Assembly: GCA_963933835.1 (NCBI GenBank)
Contig: CAWVVV010000001.1
Location: 416,001 to 480,000, forward strand
DNA: 64,000 nt
Source: an uncultured Puniceicoccaceae bacterium
Lineage (GTDB): Bacteria; Verrucomicrobiota; Verrucomicrobiia; Opitutales; Oceanipulchritudinaceae
Direction of reading: 5' to 3'
The notes beneath the pieces were generated by a model. It ran no database searches. It saw only the letters and a list, made by a program, of their open reading frames with translations, and was not told the origin of the DNA. Positions within the stretch are counted from its first letter, which is position 1, and each line of letters starts with the position of its first letter. Of the stretch, positions 1 through 9,545 are shown in pieces. The position numbers and the translations under genes are program-made.

Positions 1-1227
1 TCCGTCTCGCCCGGCCAGATGATCGTCAAGATCATCAACGACGAGCTCACGGACCTCCTCGGCGAAGGCACGACCGAGCTCGTTGATAAGAAGCACCTGC
101 GCATCATGCTCCTCGGACTGCAGGGCGCGGGTAAGACCACTCTCGCCGGCAAGCTCGCCCTCCACCTCCGCAAAAAAGGCTTCACCAAGCCCGCCCTTAT
201 TGCCTGCGACGTCTACCGCCCAGCCGCCATCGATCAGCTCGAAACGATCGCGAAGGCAAACGACTTTCTCTTTTACGGCGACCGCACGACCAAGGACGTC
301 AACAAGATCGGCAAACAAGGCTGGGAATGGGCCAAGAGCCAAGACGCCGACGTCATCATTTTCGACACCGCTGGCCGCCTCCAGATCGACGAAGACATGG
401 TCAAGGAGGTCGCCCGACTTAAGGACACCGTCCTCCCCGACGAAATCCTCCTCGTCGGCGACGCTGCCCTCGGACAAGAAGCGGTTAACGTCGCGAAAAG
501 CTTTAATGAACAAGTCGGTATAACTGGCATCGCTCTGACTAAGCTCGACGGTGACACCCGAGGGGGTGCTGCCCTCAGCATGAAGGCGATCACGGGCGTC
601 CCGATTAAGTTCCTCGGCACTGGCGAGAAAACCGAAGACCTCGAAGTCTTTCACCCCGACCGCCTAGCCCAGCGCATCCTTGGCATGGGCGACGTTGTCT
701 CCCTCGTCGAAAAAGCGCAGGAAGTGGTGAACGAAGAAGACGCCGTGAAGATGGCGGAGAAGATGCAGCGCGCCGACTTCAACTTCGAAGACTTCCTCGG
801 CCAAATGCAGGCGATTAAGAAAATGGGCTCCCTCGGCGGCATTATGAAAATGATGCCCGGCATGAGCGGCGTCGAAGTCGGTGACAAAGAAGAGAAGAAG
901 CTCAAGCACACCGAAGCCCTCATCCTTTCAATGACGCCAAAAGAGCGTCACAACCCACAGATCCTCAACGGCTCGCGCCGCGCCCGCATCGCTCGCGGTG
1001 CTGGTCTCGGGATCAAAGACCTCAACGCCCTGATCAAGCAGTTTCAGCAAATGAAAAAAATGATGAAGATGATGAAAGGCGGCAAAGGCCGAAAGATGAT
1101 GAAAGCGATGGGCAAAAAAGGTGGCGGTGGCTTCCCAGGAGCCGGCGGTGGTGGTGAATTCCCCGACCTCGGTGCTCTCGGCGGAGGCGGCATGGGCGGC
1201 GGTGGACTGAATCTTCCTGAATTCTAA
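1..1227 (+). CDS. ffh: Signal recognition particle protein Ffh (5' end outside window)
   Basis: [10 protein letters not shown]-loop, [19 protein letters not shown] and Met-rich M domain; frame is open from base 1 (SVSPGQM...); Gly-rich tail. Confidence 0.97.
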   Translation, partial: SVSPGQMIVKIINDELTDLLGEGTTELVDKKHLRIMLLGLQGAGKTTLAGKLALHLRKKGFTKPALIACDVYRPAAIDQLETIAKANDFLFYGDRTTKDVNKIGKQGWEWAKSQDADVIIFDTAGRLQIDEDMVKEVARLKDTVLPDEILLVGDAALGQEAVNVAKSFNEQVGITGIALTKLDGDTRGGAALSMKAITGVPIKFLGTGEKTEDLEVFHPDRLAQRILGMGDVVSLVEKAQEVVNEEDAVKMAEKMQRADFNFEDFLGQMQAIKKMGSLGGIMKMMPGMSGVEVGDKEEKKLKHTEALILSMTPKERHNPQILNGSRRARIARGAGLGIKDLNALIKQFQQMKKMMKMMKGGKGRKMMKAMGKKGGGGFPGAGGGGEFPDLGALGGGGMGGGGLNLPEF

Positions 1228-1305
1228 ATAGGCCTGCTGAATCCACCAAGGGACACGCTTCATCTAGGCCTTGAAAAGCAACTCGGCTCCAAATTTACTG
1301 ATCTT

Positions 1306-1623
1306 ATGCATAACCGTTTCTTACTTTCCTTTCTAGCTATCGCTTGCTTCGCCTTCGTCGGTTGCGAGACGAACGACACTGCATCCACTTCCAGCGAATG
1401 GCATTCTTTCGAGGGTGAAGTTGTATGGGTGAAAACCAGTCGCGGATTCTGGGCGATCCAGACGAAGAAATCGGGGAAGATTAACCCGCTCAAGCTGCCT
1501 GAGGCCTTCAAGGTCAATGGCCTGAAAATTTGCGGCGAGGTCAGACTTTTCCCGAAGGCCGAAAGCGCGCGCAACTGGGGTACGGTGGGCGAAGTCAGAG
1601 CAGTAGAACGCTTGAGCGAATAG
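1306..1623 (+). CDS. Small hypothetical lipoprotein
   Basis: 105-aa ORF with hydrophobic signal ending in lipobox-like AFVG-C. Confidence 0.65.
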   Translation: MHNRFLLSFLAIACFAFVGCETNDTASTSSEWHSFEGEVVWVKTSRGFWAIQTKKSGKINPLKLPEAFKVNGLKICGEVRLFPKAESARNWGTVGEVRAVERLSE

Positions 1624-1663
1624 ATGCCCGTGGCCGTCGGTGACCGAGTTCAAATCGCCACGG

Positions 1664-2950
1664 TCAGACCAACATTCCTGCGACCGCCGCCGTCATGAAA
1701 CAGGCGATCGATCCACCTAAAACAGCCCGTAAAGCGAGCTGAGTCAGATTCGCACGTTGCCCTGGCGCGATAACGCTGATCCCTCCGATCTGAATTCCGA
1801 TCGAAGCAAAATTGGCGAAACCACAGAGTGCATACGAAACCAGAATGACGGCCCGCTGATCAGACAAGACTCCACTGTCCTGCATCTGGCCAAGGGTCCC
1901 GAAGGCAACAAACTCGTTGAGGACCAACTTCTGCCCAAGCAGCTGTCCCACTGACATGAGGCTACCATAGTCGACGCCAATCAGCCATGCCACGGGGGCA
2001 AAGAGGATTCCAAAAATGAAGTTTAGATCGAAGTTCACGTATGCACCGTCGGTCCATTGTTCAACCAAACCATTCAAGCGCAGCCAGCTTCCGATGTATT
2101 CACCCAGAACGTAGTTCGCGAAATAAATCATCGCGGTAAAGGTGATGAGTGCCGCAACGACATTGAAGGCCAAGTTCATCCCCTGGGTCGTTCCAACCAT
2201 GGCGGCATCGAAGGCGTTGACTCCCAGGCGATCTCGTTCGATTTCGAGGGACGTATCCACTTTTTCACTCTGCGGAATCAACATCTTAGCGGCTAGGATC
2301 GCGGCTGGCGCAGACAAGATCGAGGCGGTCAGCAGGTGCTTACCAAAGAGCACCCGCAGTTCCTCATCGTCGCCCCCTAAGAAGCCGACGTAACCAGCAA
2401 AGACACCCCCTGCGATCGTCGCCATGCCCCCCGTCATGAGGCAGAGCAATTCACTCCGCGTCATGCGCTCGACGTAAGGCTTCACGACCAGTGGCGCCTC
2501 AGTCTGTCCAACAAATACATTGGCCGCGGCTGCGAGACTTTCCGCGCCACTGAGCCGCATCGTCTTTTGCATGATCCATGCGAAGGTGAAGACGATTTTC
2601 TGTAGAATTCCAAAGTAATAGAGAACCGAGGTCAGGCCGGAGAAAAAGATAATCGTAGGCACCACTCGCACCGCGAAAATGAAGCCGAACTTCGAGCCGT
2701 CATAAAGATCTCCGAAGACAAATTTGCCCCCATCATCGGCAAAACTGAGCACATCAATGAAGAAGCGCGTAACGCCATCAAAGAAATCAGCAACAAAGCC
2801 CAACCTCAAAACCGCGAGGCCGATCAGCACCTGCATCGTGACCCCAGTGAGGACCAATCGCCAGTCGATCTTCTTCCGATCGGAGCTGAAAAGATAAAGG
2901 ATACCAATAAAAGCAAGCAGACCGATCAGGCCACGAAAGATATCAACCAT
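1664..2950 (-). CDS. Concentrative nucleoside transporter (CNT/NupC family)
   Basis: AAANVFVGQTEAPL, GGMATIAGGV, KLVLNEFVAF and YALCGFANFASIGIQIGG motifs; start set at MVDIFRG. Confidence 0.93.
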   Translation of the reverse strand: MVDIFRGLIGLLAFIGILYLFSSDRKKIDWRLVLTGVTMQVLIGLAVLRLGFVADFFDGVTRFFIDVLSFADDGGKFVFGDLYDGSKFGFIFAVRVVPTIIFFSGLTSVLYYFGILQKIVFTFAWIMQKTMRLSGAESLAAAANVFVGQTEAPLVVKPYVERMTRSELLCLMTGGMATIAGGVFAGYVGFLGGDDEELRVLFGKHLLTASILSAPAAILAAKMLIPQSEKVDTSLEIERDRLGVNAFDAAMVGTTQGMNLAFNVVAALITFTAMIYFANYVLGEYIGSWLRLNGLVEQWTDGAYVNFDLNFIFGILFAPVAWLIGVDYGSLMSVGQLLGQKLVLNEFVAFGTLGQMQDSGVLSDQRAVILVSYALCGFANFASIGIQIGGISVIAPGQRANLTQLALRAVLGGSIACFMTAAVAGMLV

Positions 2951-3008
2951 ACTCCGATCTAGGGCGACGAAGCAGCTACAGGCAAGCGCCAAGCCAACCT
3001 CAGAGAAG

Positions 3009-4058
3009 TCAATCGGCGAGGAGTTCGTCGACCCACACATCGATGACACCAACGGCAGGCGGCACGCCTGCCTCCACAATCGTCTCACGGAGCAAACCAC
3101 GATGCGTAGCCGGAAAGACAACGGGGGGCGGGAAGCCCTCAATGGCCAAGGACTCAAGCGTCACGACGCCATCGCCGAGATGCTCCTTGGTATGGTCCCA
3201 CCACGCTTCCAAGGCCTGATCCGAAGTGTCGCTGGGTGAGCGTTCAAGGAGCCATTCAATGCTCGAATCAAAGCGGTCATCTTTCATCACCACCCCACCA
3301 ATCTGTGCTACATCAACTCCACTCGGCCATGGGCGAGCGTTCAGGGTATCGAGAAATACACTGCCCGGGCGGAGATCGACCTTGGCCGTTCCAAGACCAT
3401 CGTGCAGCGCTGAGAAAAGGGAAAAATCGCGCGAGGCGTTGCTCTCGAACTGATCCATCAACTCCAACCAGATCCTCAGCCGCGCCCACTCTGAGCCATG
3501 GTTTGGCGTTCCCACTAGAAAGACGGCGACGACTGGAGCGCCCGAAACCACTGCCGATCCCTCAACCGGATGCCGATGGCGAGAAACAAAGTCCCGCGCT
3601 ACAAGACCACCCATACTGTGGCCAATGAGGATCACAGGCCCACTCTCCCCGAGTGCAGTCCACTGAGAAGCAAGGAGATCTGCACTGAGATCAATCGCTT
3701 GATCATTTGGGTAGCGTAGCTCCCAGAGGTCGACCGGCTTGCTAGCGAGCACGGGGATCAGCTCATCCCAGATCCCACCTGGCTCATCCAGTCCGTGAAT
3801 CAGGACGACCGAGAGCGCAGAGGCTCCTCTGCCTTCGTCGTCATGCGAGAAGAGTCCGTAGACCCCTTCAGGCGGCTGCATAGCCTCAGGAAACCAGTCC
3901 GTGAGTAAGCTACGCATTCCAAGTCTGAACACGCGTTCTTGCTCCGGCTCAGACTCCACCCACCAGATCCAAGCAACCGTTGCGACGACGACAGAAAAAA
4001 GAGCGACCAGAATAAACCGCTTGCGGCGAAAGTTTGTGATGCGAAAGCGCTGGCTCAT
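3009..4058 (-). CDS. Membrane-anchored alpha/beta hydrolase (lipase/esterase-like)
   Basis: VLIHGL oxyanion motif, GHSMGG nucleophile elbow, GTPNHGS, GDGVV, late His; N-terminal TM helix. Confidence 0.85.
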   Translation of the reverse strand: MSQRFRITNFRRKRFILVALFSVVVATVAWIWWVESEPEQERVFRLGMRSLLTDWFPEAMQPPEGVYGLFSHDDEGRGASALSVVLIHGLDEPGGIWDELIPVLASKPVDLWELRYPNDQAIDLSADLLASQWTALGESGPVILIGHSMGGLVARDFVSRHRHPVEGSAVVSGAPVVAVFLVGTPNHGSEWARLRIWLELMDQFESNASRDFSLFSALHDGLGTAKVDLRPGSVFLDTLNARPWPSGVDVAQIGGVVMKDDRFDSSIEWLLERSPSDTSDQALEAWWDHTKEHLGDGVVTLESLAIEGFPPPVVFPATHRGLLRETIVEAGVPPAVGVIDVWVDELLAD

Positions 4059-4099
4059 CGTTTCGATTCAGGCGTGAGCTGAGCGCTCCCGCCAGAAAT

Positions 4100-4131
4100 A
4101 AAAAAAAACGCTCAGACCGAAGTCTGAGCGT
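4100..4131 (-). terminator. Intrinsic terminator after rplS
   Basis: ACGCTCAGAC-cgaa-GTCTGAGCGT hairpin with adjacent A-run (U-tract on the minus strand). Confidence 0.85.
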
Positions 4132-4168
4132 CTATCAAAAATAAACGGATGACAAAAAAGCGTCCGGA

Positions 4169-4540
4169 CTAGTTGCGCTTGGCAGCATCGTAGAGGCGTT
4201 TTTCCTTAACCTTATTCGCTGCCTTACCGATTCTGTCGCGGAGGTAGTAGATACGTGCACGCATCGTGATCGATTCGCGATCGACTTCAACCTTCTCAAT
4301 ATTCGGGCTGTGAACTGGGAAGACACGCTCTACACCTTCGCCGAAGCTGATACGGCGAACGGAGAATGATTCGTGAATGCCTCCGCCTTTACGAGCGATG
4401 ACGATGCCAGCGAAAACCTGGATCCGTTCCTTACTGCCTTCACGCACACGGGTGTGGACCCGAACTCCGTCGCCTACCTTAAAGTGGGCGCGGTCTGATT
4501 TGATTTGTTCCTGCGTGAGTTCTTGAATGAGTGCGTTCAT
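4169..4540 (-). CDS. rplS: 50S ribosomal protein L19
   Basis: FKVGDGVRVH..EGSKERIQVFAG..GEGVERVFP..RARIYYLR; start at MNALIQ. Confidence 0.97.
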   Translation of the reverse strand: MNALIQELTQEQIKSDRAHFKVGDGVRVHTRVREGSKERIQVFAGIVIARKGGGIHESFSVRRISFGEGVERVFPVHSPNIEKVEVDRESITMRARIYYLRDRIGKAANKVKEKRLYDAAKRN

Positions 4541-5232
4541 GACAATGGGTCTTTTGAAAGTAAGTCTGGGCGCCGTTGGCGTGTTTTCTCCTCTTGGCGT
4601 TCGCGTCTCCATGCGGCGATGGCGGCGTGATTACCTGAAAGAAGCACCTCAGGCACATGCATCCCATTATATTCAACGGGACGCGTGTATTGAGGAAAGC
4701 CGAGCAAGCTGCTACTGAAGGAATCTTGGGTCAAGGACTTTTCCTCACCTAATACTCCAGGAATTTGTCGGGCGACGGTATCGATGAGAACAGCCGCTGG
4801 TAGAGTGCCATTTGTGAGGACGTAATCACCGATGCTAATTTCGCGATCGATCTTCGCCTCACGCACTCGTTCGTCGATGCCTTCGTAGTGTCCACTAACG
4901 AGAACGAGGTGCTTTTCTTGGGCCAACTCACGTGCCAAGGCAGTCGTCAGTCGTTCACCATCAGCGGAAAGGTAGATGACCTTCGCTTCTTCGCTTTTCA
5001 CCGCATCGATGGCAGAAAAAAGCGGTTCAGGCTTCAAAAGCATACCGGCTCCACCACCAAAGGGGCGGTCGTCGGTAATTTGCCACTTACCCTCTGCCCA
5101 GTCGCGGAGATTGTGTGCTTTCGCATCGATTAAGCCACGCTCAATCGCGCGACCAATCATGCTTTCGGTCAAAAACCCGCCAATCATGGCGGGAAAGAGG
5201 GTTAGAATATCGAAGCGAATCTGAGCCGTCAT
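4537..5232 (-). CDS. trmD: tRNA (guanine-N1)-methyltransferase
   Basis: DILTLFP, DDRPFGGGAGM, GHYEGIDER, SIGDYVLTNG, YTRP, LLSGNH. Confidence 0.97.
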   Translation of the reverse strand: MTAQIRFDILTLFPAMIGGFLTESMIGRAIERGLIDAKAHNLRDWAEGKWQITDDRPFGGGAGMLLKPEPLFSAIDAVKSEEAKVIYLSADGERLTTALARELAQEKHLVLVSGHYEGIDERVREAKIDREISIGDYVLTNGTLPAAVLIDTVARQIPGVLGEEKSLTQDSFSSSLLGFPQYTRPVEYNGMHVPEVLLSGNHAAIAAWRRERQEEKTRQRRPDLLSKDPLS

Positions 5233-5291
5233 CGATATCTGCGATTCTTCGCTGAGCCAGATCGCCCGATGGGCGGGGGCTTCACGCGAAT

Positions 5292-5666
5292 TTAGGCCTC
5301 AGTCTCGGTAGCAGCCTCAGCGGGTGCCGCAGCAGCCTCAGCGGGCGCCACAGCAGCTTCAGCGGGTGCCGCAGCAGCCTCAGCGGGCGCCACAGCAGCT
5401 TCAGCGGGTGCCGCAGCTGCTGCTTTGCGAGCGCGCTTGATGATCGATCGGACTGTTTCCGACGGCTGCGCGCCAACACTTTGCCAGTAGTCAATGCGCT
5501 CAAGGTTGATCAGCTCACGCTTTTCAGCCACTTTGTTACGTGGATCGTAGATGCCTACTTTCTCAACAAAGCGACCATCGCGACGGAAGCTGGATTCAGC
5601 AATGACGACGCGATAATTTGGGGAGTGAGTTGCGCCTCCACGCTGCAAACGAATTTTAAGTGACAT
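5292..5666 (-). CDS. rpsP: 30S ribosomal protein S16 with Ala/Pro/Glu-rich repeat tail
   Basis: MSLKIRLQRGG..YRVVIA..RDGRFVEKVGIYDP..GAQPSETV. Confidence 0.96.
   Translation of the reverse strand: MSLKIRLQRGGATHSPNYRVVIAESSFRRDGRFVEKVGIYDPRNKVAEKRELINLERIDYWQSVGAQPSETVRSIIKRARKAAAAAPAEAAVAPAEAAAAPAEAAVAPAEAAAAPAEAATETEA
5311..5417. repeat. About five 21-bp tandem units (42-bp higher-order repeat) encoding APAEAA(A/V) in rpsP
   Basis: gcagc(c/t)tcagcggg(t/c)gcc(g/a)ca repeated. Confidence 0.9.
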
Positions 5667-5767
5667 GTGTACTAGAAAATTTAGGGAAAAGCGGCGAAGA
5701 AAAGGTCGGTTTCTAACCCGAGTCAAGGGCATTTCGACACAAGCAGGACCTCAGACTCATAAAGCGT

Positions 5768-7012
5768 CTACTCTGCAGCAGGGTTTTCTTCCGTCTCCTC
5801 AAGGAATCCCTCTAGCCACTCGACATCGTCAGCAGGCTCACGGGCAGCCGCATCCACATACGTTTGGTGCAGACGCTTTGTCGCGTCTTCAAGCTGCTTT
5901 TGCGCTTCTTGAAGGGCTTCTGCATCCGCCGCACGCTGCAAGTTTTGGAACTGCTCATTGAAGTCCAGCCATGCTTCGCGCTGCTCAGGCAGCGTTTCGT
6001 CGCTCAGAAAGAAAAGTTTATCAGGTGAATCCAACATTGCCGAGCTTGCTTCCAAGGCCTCACTAAAGCGCTGAAGACCCTTCACCTCTGAAACCACGCT
6101 ACGCAGGTTGGCAACCTCTTCGGTCAATCCATTAAGCGCAGCTGATTGGCGGGCTTTAGCCGAGATTAACATCGTGCGTTGGCTCACCAACTTCTCGCTC
6201 ACTCCCTGTTCGGAAAGGAGCTTACCTGCGCGCTTAGGCACGGGAATGCGTAGCATATCGTTGCCTACCAAACGAATTGGGGCACGCCGCTGGCCCAGCG
6301 TCTGGCGCTGAAAATTCATCTCATTAAAAAAGGGGATGAGCGTCGCGAGGTCGATGTCGGGCAAGTTCATCTCTCCTTCGAGCTTGCGTGCGATGTCTGT
6401 AAGCGTCTCTGAAACGCCTACCTTGTATTCGACGAAGTCATAGTTTCGCTCATCGAGCGCCTCCCCAGAAATTTCTCCAACTGCTGCCAGGCCTTTCCAA
6501 GCATCCTCAAGCAGGCTAAGCGCTTCGCTGATTTCAACCTCAGCGGCGTCGAGCGCATTCAATTGCATATCAATCGAGGCCACTGTAACAGCCGTTATCG
6601 AAGCAATCGCCTCAGTCTCGATGATCAAATCGGCAACGACACTATCAATCACGACACGCCCTTGGCGCATCAACTCACCGCGCTCTTCGTAGGCAACCTG
6701 CATTGAGGCTACATCATATGCGAGACGTGCTGCGAGGGATTCCGCCAATATCTCACGAGTGCGAAAAAGCTCATCCTCCAACGCGGACTGGATCGCCTTG
6801 GCGCTCTCATCCACAACGGGGACTTCAATCACGTCCACCCGCACGCGCTCGTCCGATTCGACGACGGGAACTAAGCTTACATTCTGCTCTACGTCTGGTC
6901 CATCACCACCGAAAATGATCGGATCCGAACTCTCGCGAACAACAAAGTAACCCACCAGGGCCAAAAAAACGACTAGATAGGCTATTCGCCGGATCCATCC
7001 AAATGCACTCAT
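5768..7012 (-). CDS. Hypothetical membrane-anchored coiled-coil protein with a LysM-like segment
   Basis: N-terminal TM helix, long helical heptads, central YKVGVSETLTDIARKL...LVGNDMLRIP. Confidence 0.7.
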   Translation of the reverse strand: MSAFGWIRRIAYLVVFLALVGYFVVRESSDPIIFGGDGPDVEQNVSLVPVVESDERVRVDVIEVPVVDESAKAIQSALEDELFRTREILAESLAARLAYDVASMQVAYEERGELMRQGRVVIDSVVADLIIETEAIASITAVTVASIDMQLNALDAAEVEISEALSLLEDAWKGLAAVGEISGEALDERNYDFVEYKVGVSETLTDIARKLEGEMNLPDIDLATLIPFFNEMNFQRQTLGQRRAPIRLVGNDMLRIPVPKRAGKLLSEQGVSEKLVSQRTMLISAKARQSAALNGLTEEVANLRSVVSEVKGLQRFSEALEASSAMLDSPDKLFFLSDETLPEQREAWLDFNEQFQNLQRAADAEALQEAQKQLEDATKRLHQTYVDAAAREPADDVEWLEGFLEETEENPAAE

Positions 7013-7329
7013 GACATTATCTTATGTTAGAGAATTCAAGTATCTGTTCAATCTAGGAACATCGGCTCGAGAAGAGCGCGGAAGATTTAGAAGACTGTAA
7101 ACTTTCGTTTAGTTGAGGAACGACTTTGCGTCAAATGAGTATTCAAAGCGTGCTTTGCATCAGGCTTATCCATAACGCACTATCTATAACAAACGGGGCC
7201 ATCCCAACAACAAAATGCTAGATCATTATTTAGCTGTGCGGAGGGGAAAGTTGCCCAAAGGACACGAATCGATCTGAAAGCAGTCTCTCCGTCTTGCCTC
7301 TACAAGATCACATCCTTTCAGTGTAGAAC

Positions 7330-8697
7330 ATGTCATCGCTCAATCTCCGCAGTCCAAACGCCACTCTCGGCGGGGTCGCACACCTTGCTCGGCTCATCGA
7401 TAAAATCCGCGCCTTCAATCGTGGCGAGCTCCCTGCCGACTACCAACCGAAGCTCGGAGTCGCCTTCGACGGCTTTGTCTGTGATTTCCTCGGGCTCGAC
7501 TACTCAGCCTTCCGTGCCGCGATGACGGCATTAAACTTCGACGACGAAGAGGCGCTCGTATGGATCAAGTCGAATATCGCCTGGCCTAGCGATGAACGTA
7601 TCTTGTTTTTTAATACATTTCTGCGCGCAAGAGGATGGCGCGACAGTTTCCGAGAAACCCTTCCAAAACGACTCGAGGGCATGGGGCTCGACGACGACGG
7701 CTCGATCAAGACCTGCTGCGAGATGATCGATACAGATGAAGGGCGCCCAGTTCCGCAGCTTCCCATCGATGGTGAACCCGCTGATGGCTCTGGACCCGAA
7801 CGACCCTCCTCTGTCGTGCGACGTGCCGCGATCTTTCAAGAGCACGCCAGTCCTCTCGAGGCCCAGCCGACAGACGAAGTTCCGGTGCTGCCAAAGCTCA
7901 GCCCGATCAAATCGGTCGTTTTCGATATCTATGGCACGCTCATCATCTCCGGAACAGGAGACATCAGTCTTGCTGAAAATGAGGACCGGAGCGCACAACT
8001 CAAAGCCGCCCTCACCAGAGCAGGCATTACCGGTGTGGCGGAGGAAGTTCCCCTCGCTGATCGATTCCATGCTGCAATCAAAGCGGCTCAGGATGAACGC
8101 CGCGCGGACGGCATCGAATACCCCGAAGTTGAAATTCGCGAAGTTTGGACAACCTTCCTGACTGAACTCAGCGCCGAGGGACCCTCCTTTGAAGTGCCCT
8201 CCGGCGAAGCGCTAGAGCAGCTCGCGATCGACTACGAATGTAGGGTCAACCCAGTTTGGCCGATGCCAAATCTCGCTCCCTGCCTTGCTAGCCTCGCCTC
8301 GAGCGGACTCACCTTGGGGATCGTTTCGAATGCGCAATTTTACACCCGCCTGATGTTCCCCGCCTTTATGGGTGTTCCACTGGCTGACCTTGGCTTTGCA
8401 CTCGATTGCTGCGTTTACTCCTACAGCGAACGGGAAGGAAAGCCGTCGACTGCTCTGTACGAAAAACTCGCTACACGGCTGAAAGTCCGCGGCATAGAAC
8501 CGAGTGAAACGCTCTATGTCGGTAACGACCTTCGAAATGATGTTTGGCCCGCACAGCTTGCAGGATTCAAGACGGCGCTCTTTGCCGGCGACAAGCGCTC
8601 ACTTCGCTGGCGGAAAGAGGACTCGCACCTCGATGCGATCCGTCCGGACGCAATTATCACCGATCTTTGGCAACTTCCTAAACTTGTCTCAGAGTAG
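7330..8697 (+). CDS. Fusion of DUF5069 domain and HAD-superfamily hydrolase
   Basis: N-term LRSPNATLGGVAHLARLIDKIR..DFLGLDY..DTDEGR (DUF5069-like); C-term FDIYGTL, IVSNAQ, GKP, YVGND HAD motifs. Confidence 0.8.
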   Translation: MSSLNLRSPNATLGGVAHLARLIDKIRAFNRGELPADYQPKLGVAFDGFVCDFLGLDYSAFRAAMTALNFDDEEALVWIKSNIAWPSDERILFFNTFLRARGWRDSFRETLPKRLEGMGLDDDGSIKTCCEMIDTDEGRPVPQLPIDGEPADGSGPERPSSVVRRAAIFQEHASPLEAQPTDEVPVLPKLSPIKSVVFDIYGTLIISGTGDISLAENEDRSAQLKAALTRAGITGVAEEVPLADRFHAAIKAAQDERRADGIEYPEVEIREVWTTFLTELSAEGPSFEVPSGEALEQLAIDYECRVNPVWPMPNLAPCLASLASSGLTLGIVSNAQFYTRLMFPAFMGVPLADLGFALDCCVYSYSEREGKPSTALYEKLATRLKVRGIEPSETLYVGNDLRNDVWPAQLAGFKTALFAGDKRSLRWRKEDSHLDAIRPDAIITDLWQLPKLVSE

Positions 8698-8719
8698 ATA
8701 GCCTATTCTAAAGTTTACA

Positions 8720-9136
8720 ATGCCTGACCCCACGACAGATTTTGTCCCACCTTCGAGACTCGAAGTGCTTAAACGCGGAGCCTCTGGATGCTGCCCTCGC
8801 TGCGGATGTAACCATATTTTCATTACAGGATTTCGCCTCCATGAGCGCTGCCCAGAGTGTGAGCTCCCTCTAGAAATGGAGGATGGCTGGAGCTACGGAA
8901 GCGTCCCACTGGCCTATATCCTGACTGCTGTCGGCTGGGGCACGCCGGTCGTCGTCCTCACTTTGTTTGGAATCCTGAGCACACAGATGGCGCTTATTCT
9001 AGGTATCGGCGGCGCGATGGTCCTACCGATCGTCACCTTCAAGTTCACGAAGAGGCTCTGGATCGGAATCTACTACGCGCTCATCCCTCAAGAGCTACGC
9101 CCACGCGATCCGAACGAGCGCGGCGATGTGCACTAG
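8720..9136 (+). CDS. DUF983 family membrane protein
   Basis: CPRCG..CPEC zinc-ribbon followed by two TM helices. Confidence 0.75.
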   Translation: MPDPTTDFVPPSRLEVLKRGASGCCPRCGCNHIFITGFRLHERCPECELPLEMEDGWSYGSVPLAYILTAVGWGTPVVVLTLFGILSTQMALILGIGGAMVLPIVTFKFTKRLWIGIYYALIPQELRPRDPNERGDVH

Positions 9137-9143
9137 AGGACAC

Positions 9144-9545
9144 CTAGTCTTGACCCGATTCATCGTCATCAACGGCGTCCGGGACAGGCACCGCATCGAC
9201 CTCTGTCACCACAACGGGTTTCCGCTCGTATCGAACGACTTCGCGAAAGTTGCCTTTCAGCCGATCGCGTAGCTTTTCCTTGAGTGCATCTGGAATACGG
9301 GCGACGGCGTCTTCAAGCGTCAGGGTAGCGACCAGCGCTGGATTCACACGCTTGGCAGGAGATTTCTCAGCTGGCGGCTCTGGATCGACCGTGTCCGGGA
9401 GGTCTTTTTGGTCAGCAAGCGATGCCTCCCATTGCGCTTCAGGTTCACTGAAAGTGGGTCGAGATCCGGCAGCAACGAGTGCGCTACCTTCAAGTTCTGG
9501 AATGATCGGCTGTCCCCCACTGCGCTTAAGCGGCGGGATCAGTCG
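9144..9545 (-). CDS. dnaX: -1 frame C-terminal extension of DnaX (putative tau-specific part)
   Basis: Frame is open from the A9 run ([11 protein letters not shown]...[23 protein letters not shown]...) to the stop at 9144, with no ATG in it. Confidence 0.7.
   Translation of the reverse strand, partial: RLIPPLKRSGGQPIIPELEGSALVAAGSRPTFSEPEAQWEASLADQKDLPDTVDPEPPAEKSPAKRVNPALVATLTLEDAVARIPDALKEKLRDRLKGNFREVVRYERKPVVVTEVDAVPVPDAVDDDESGQD

Noticed and set aside
5311..5417. Repeat arrays (also 18517 and 33585) as CRISPR
   Set aside because: Tandem units without unique spacers; no cas genes
7045..7061. TGTTC-N7-GAACA palindrome as a LexA box
   Set aside because: The verrucomicrobial LexA motif, as I recall it, has a 4-nt spacer, and the adjacent genes are not SOS genes. 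It could still be another operator.
7166..7174. TTATCCATA as a DnaA box or oriC
   Set aside because: Single mismatched copy, with no box cluster or unwinding element
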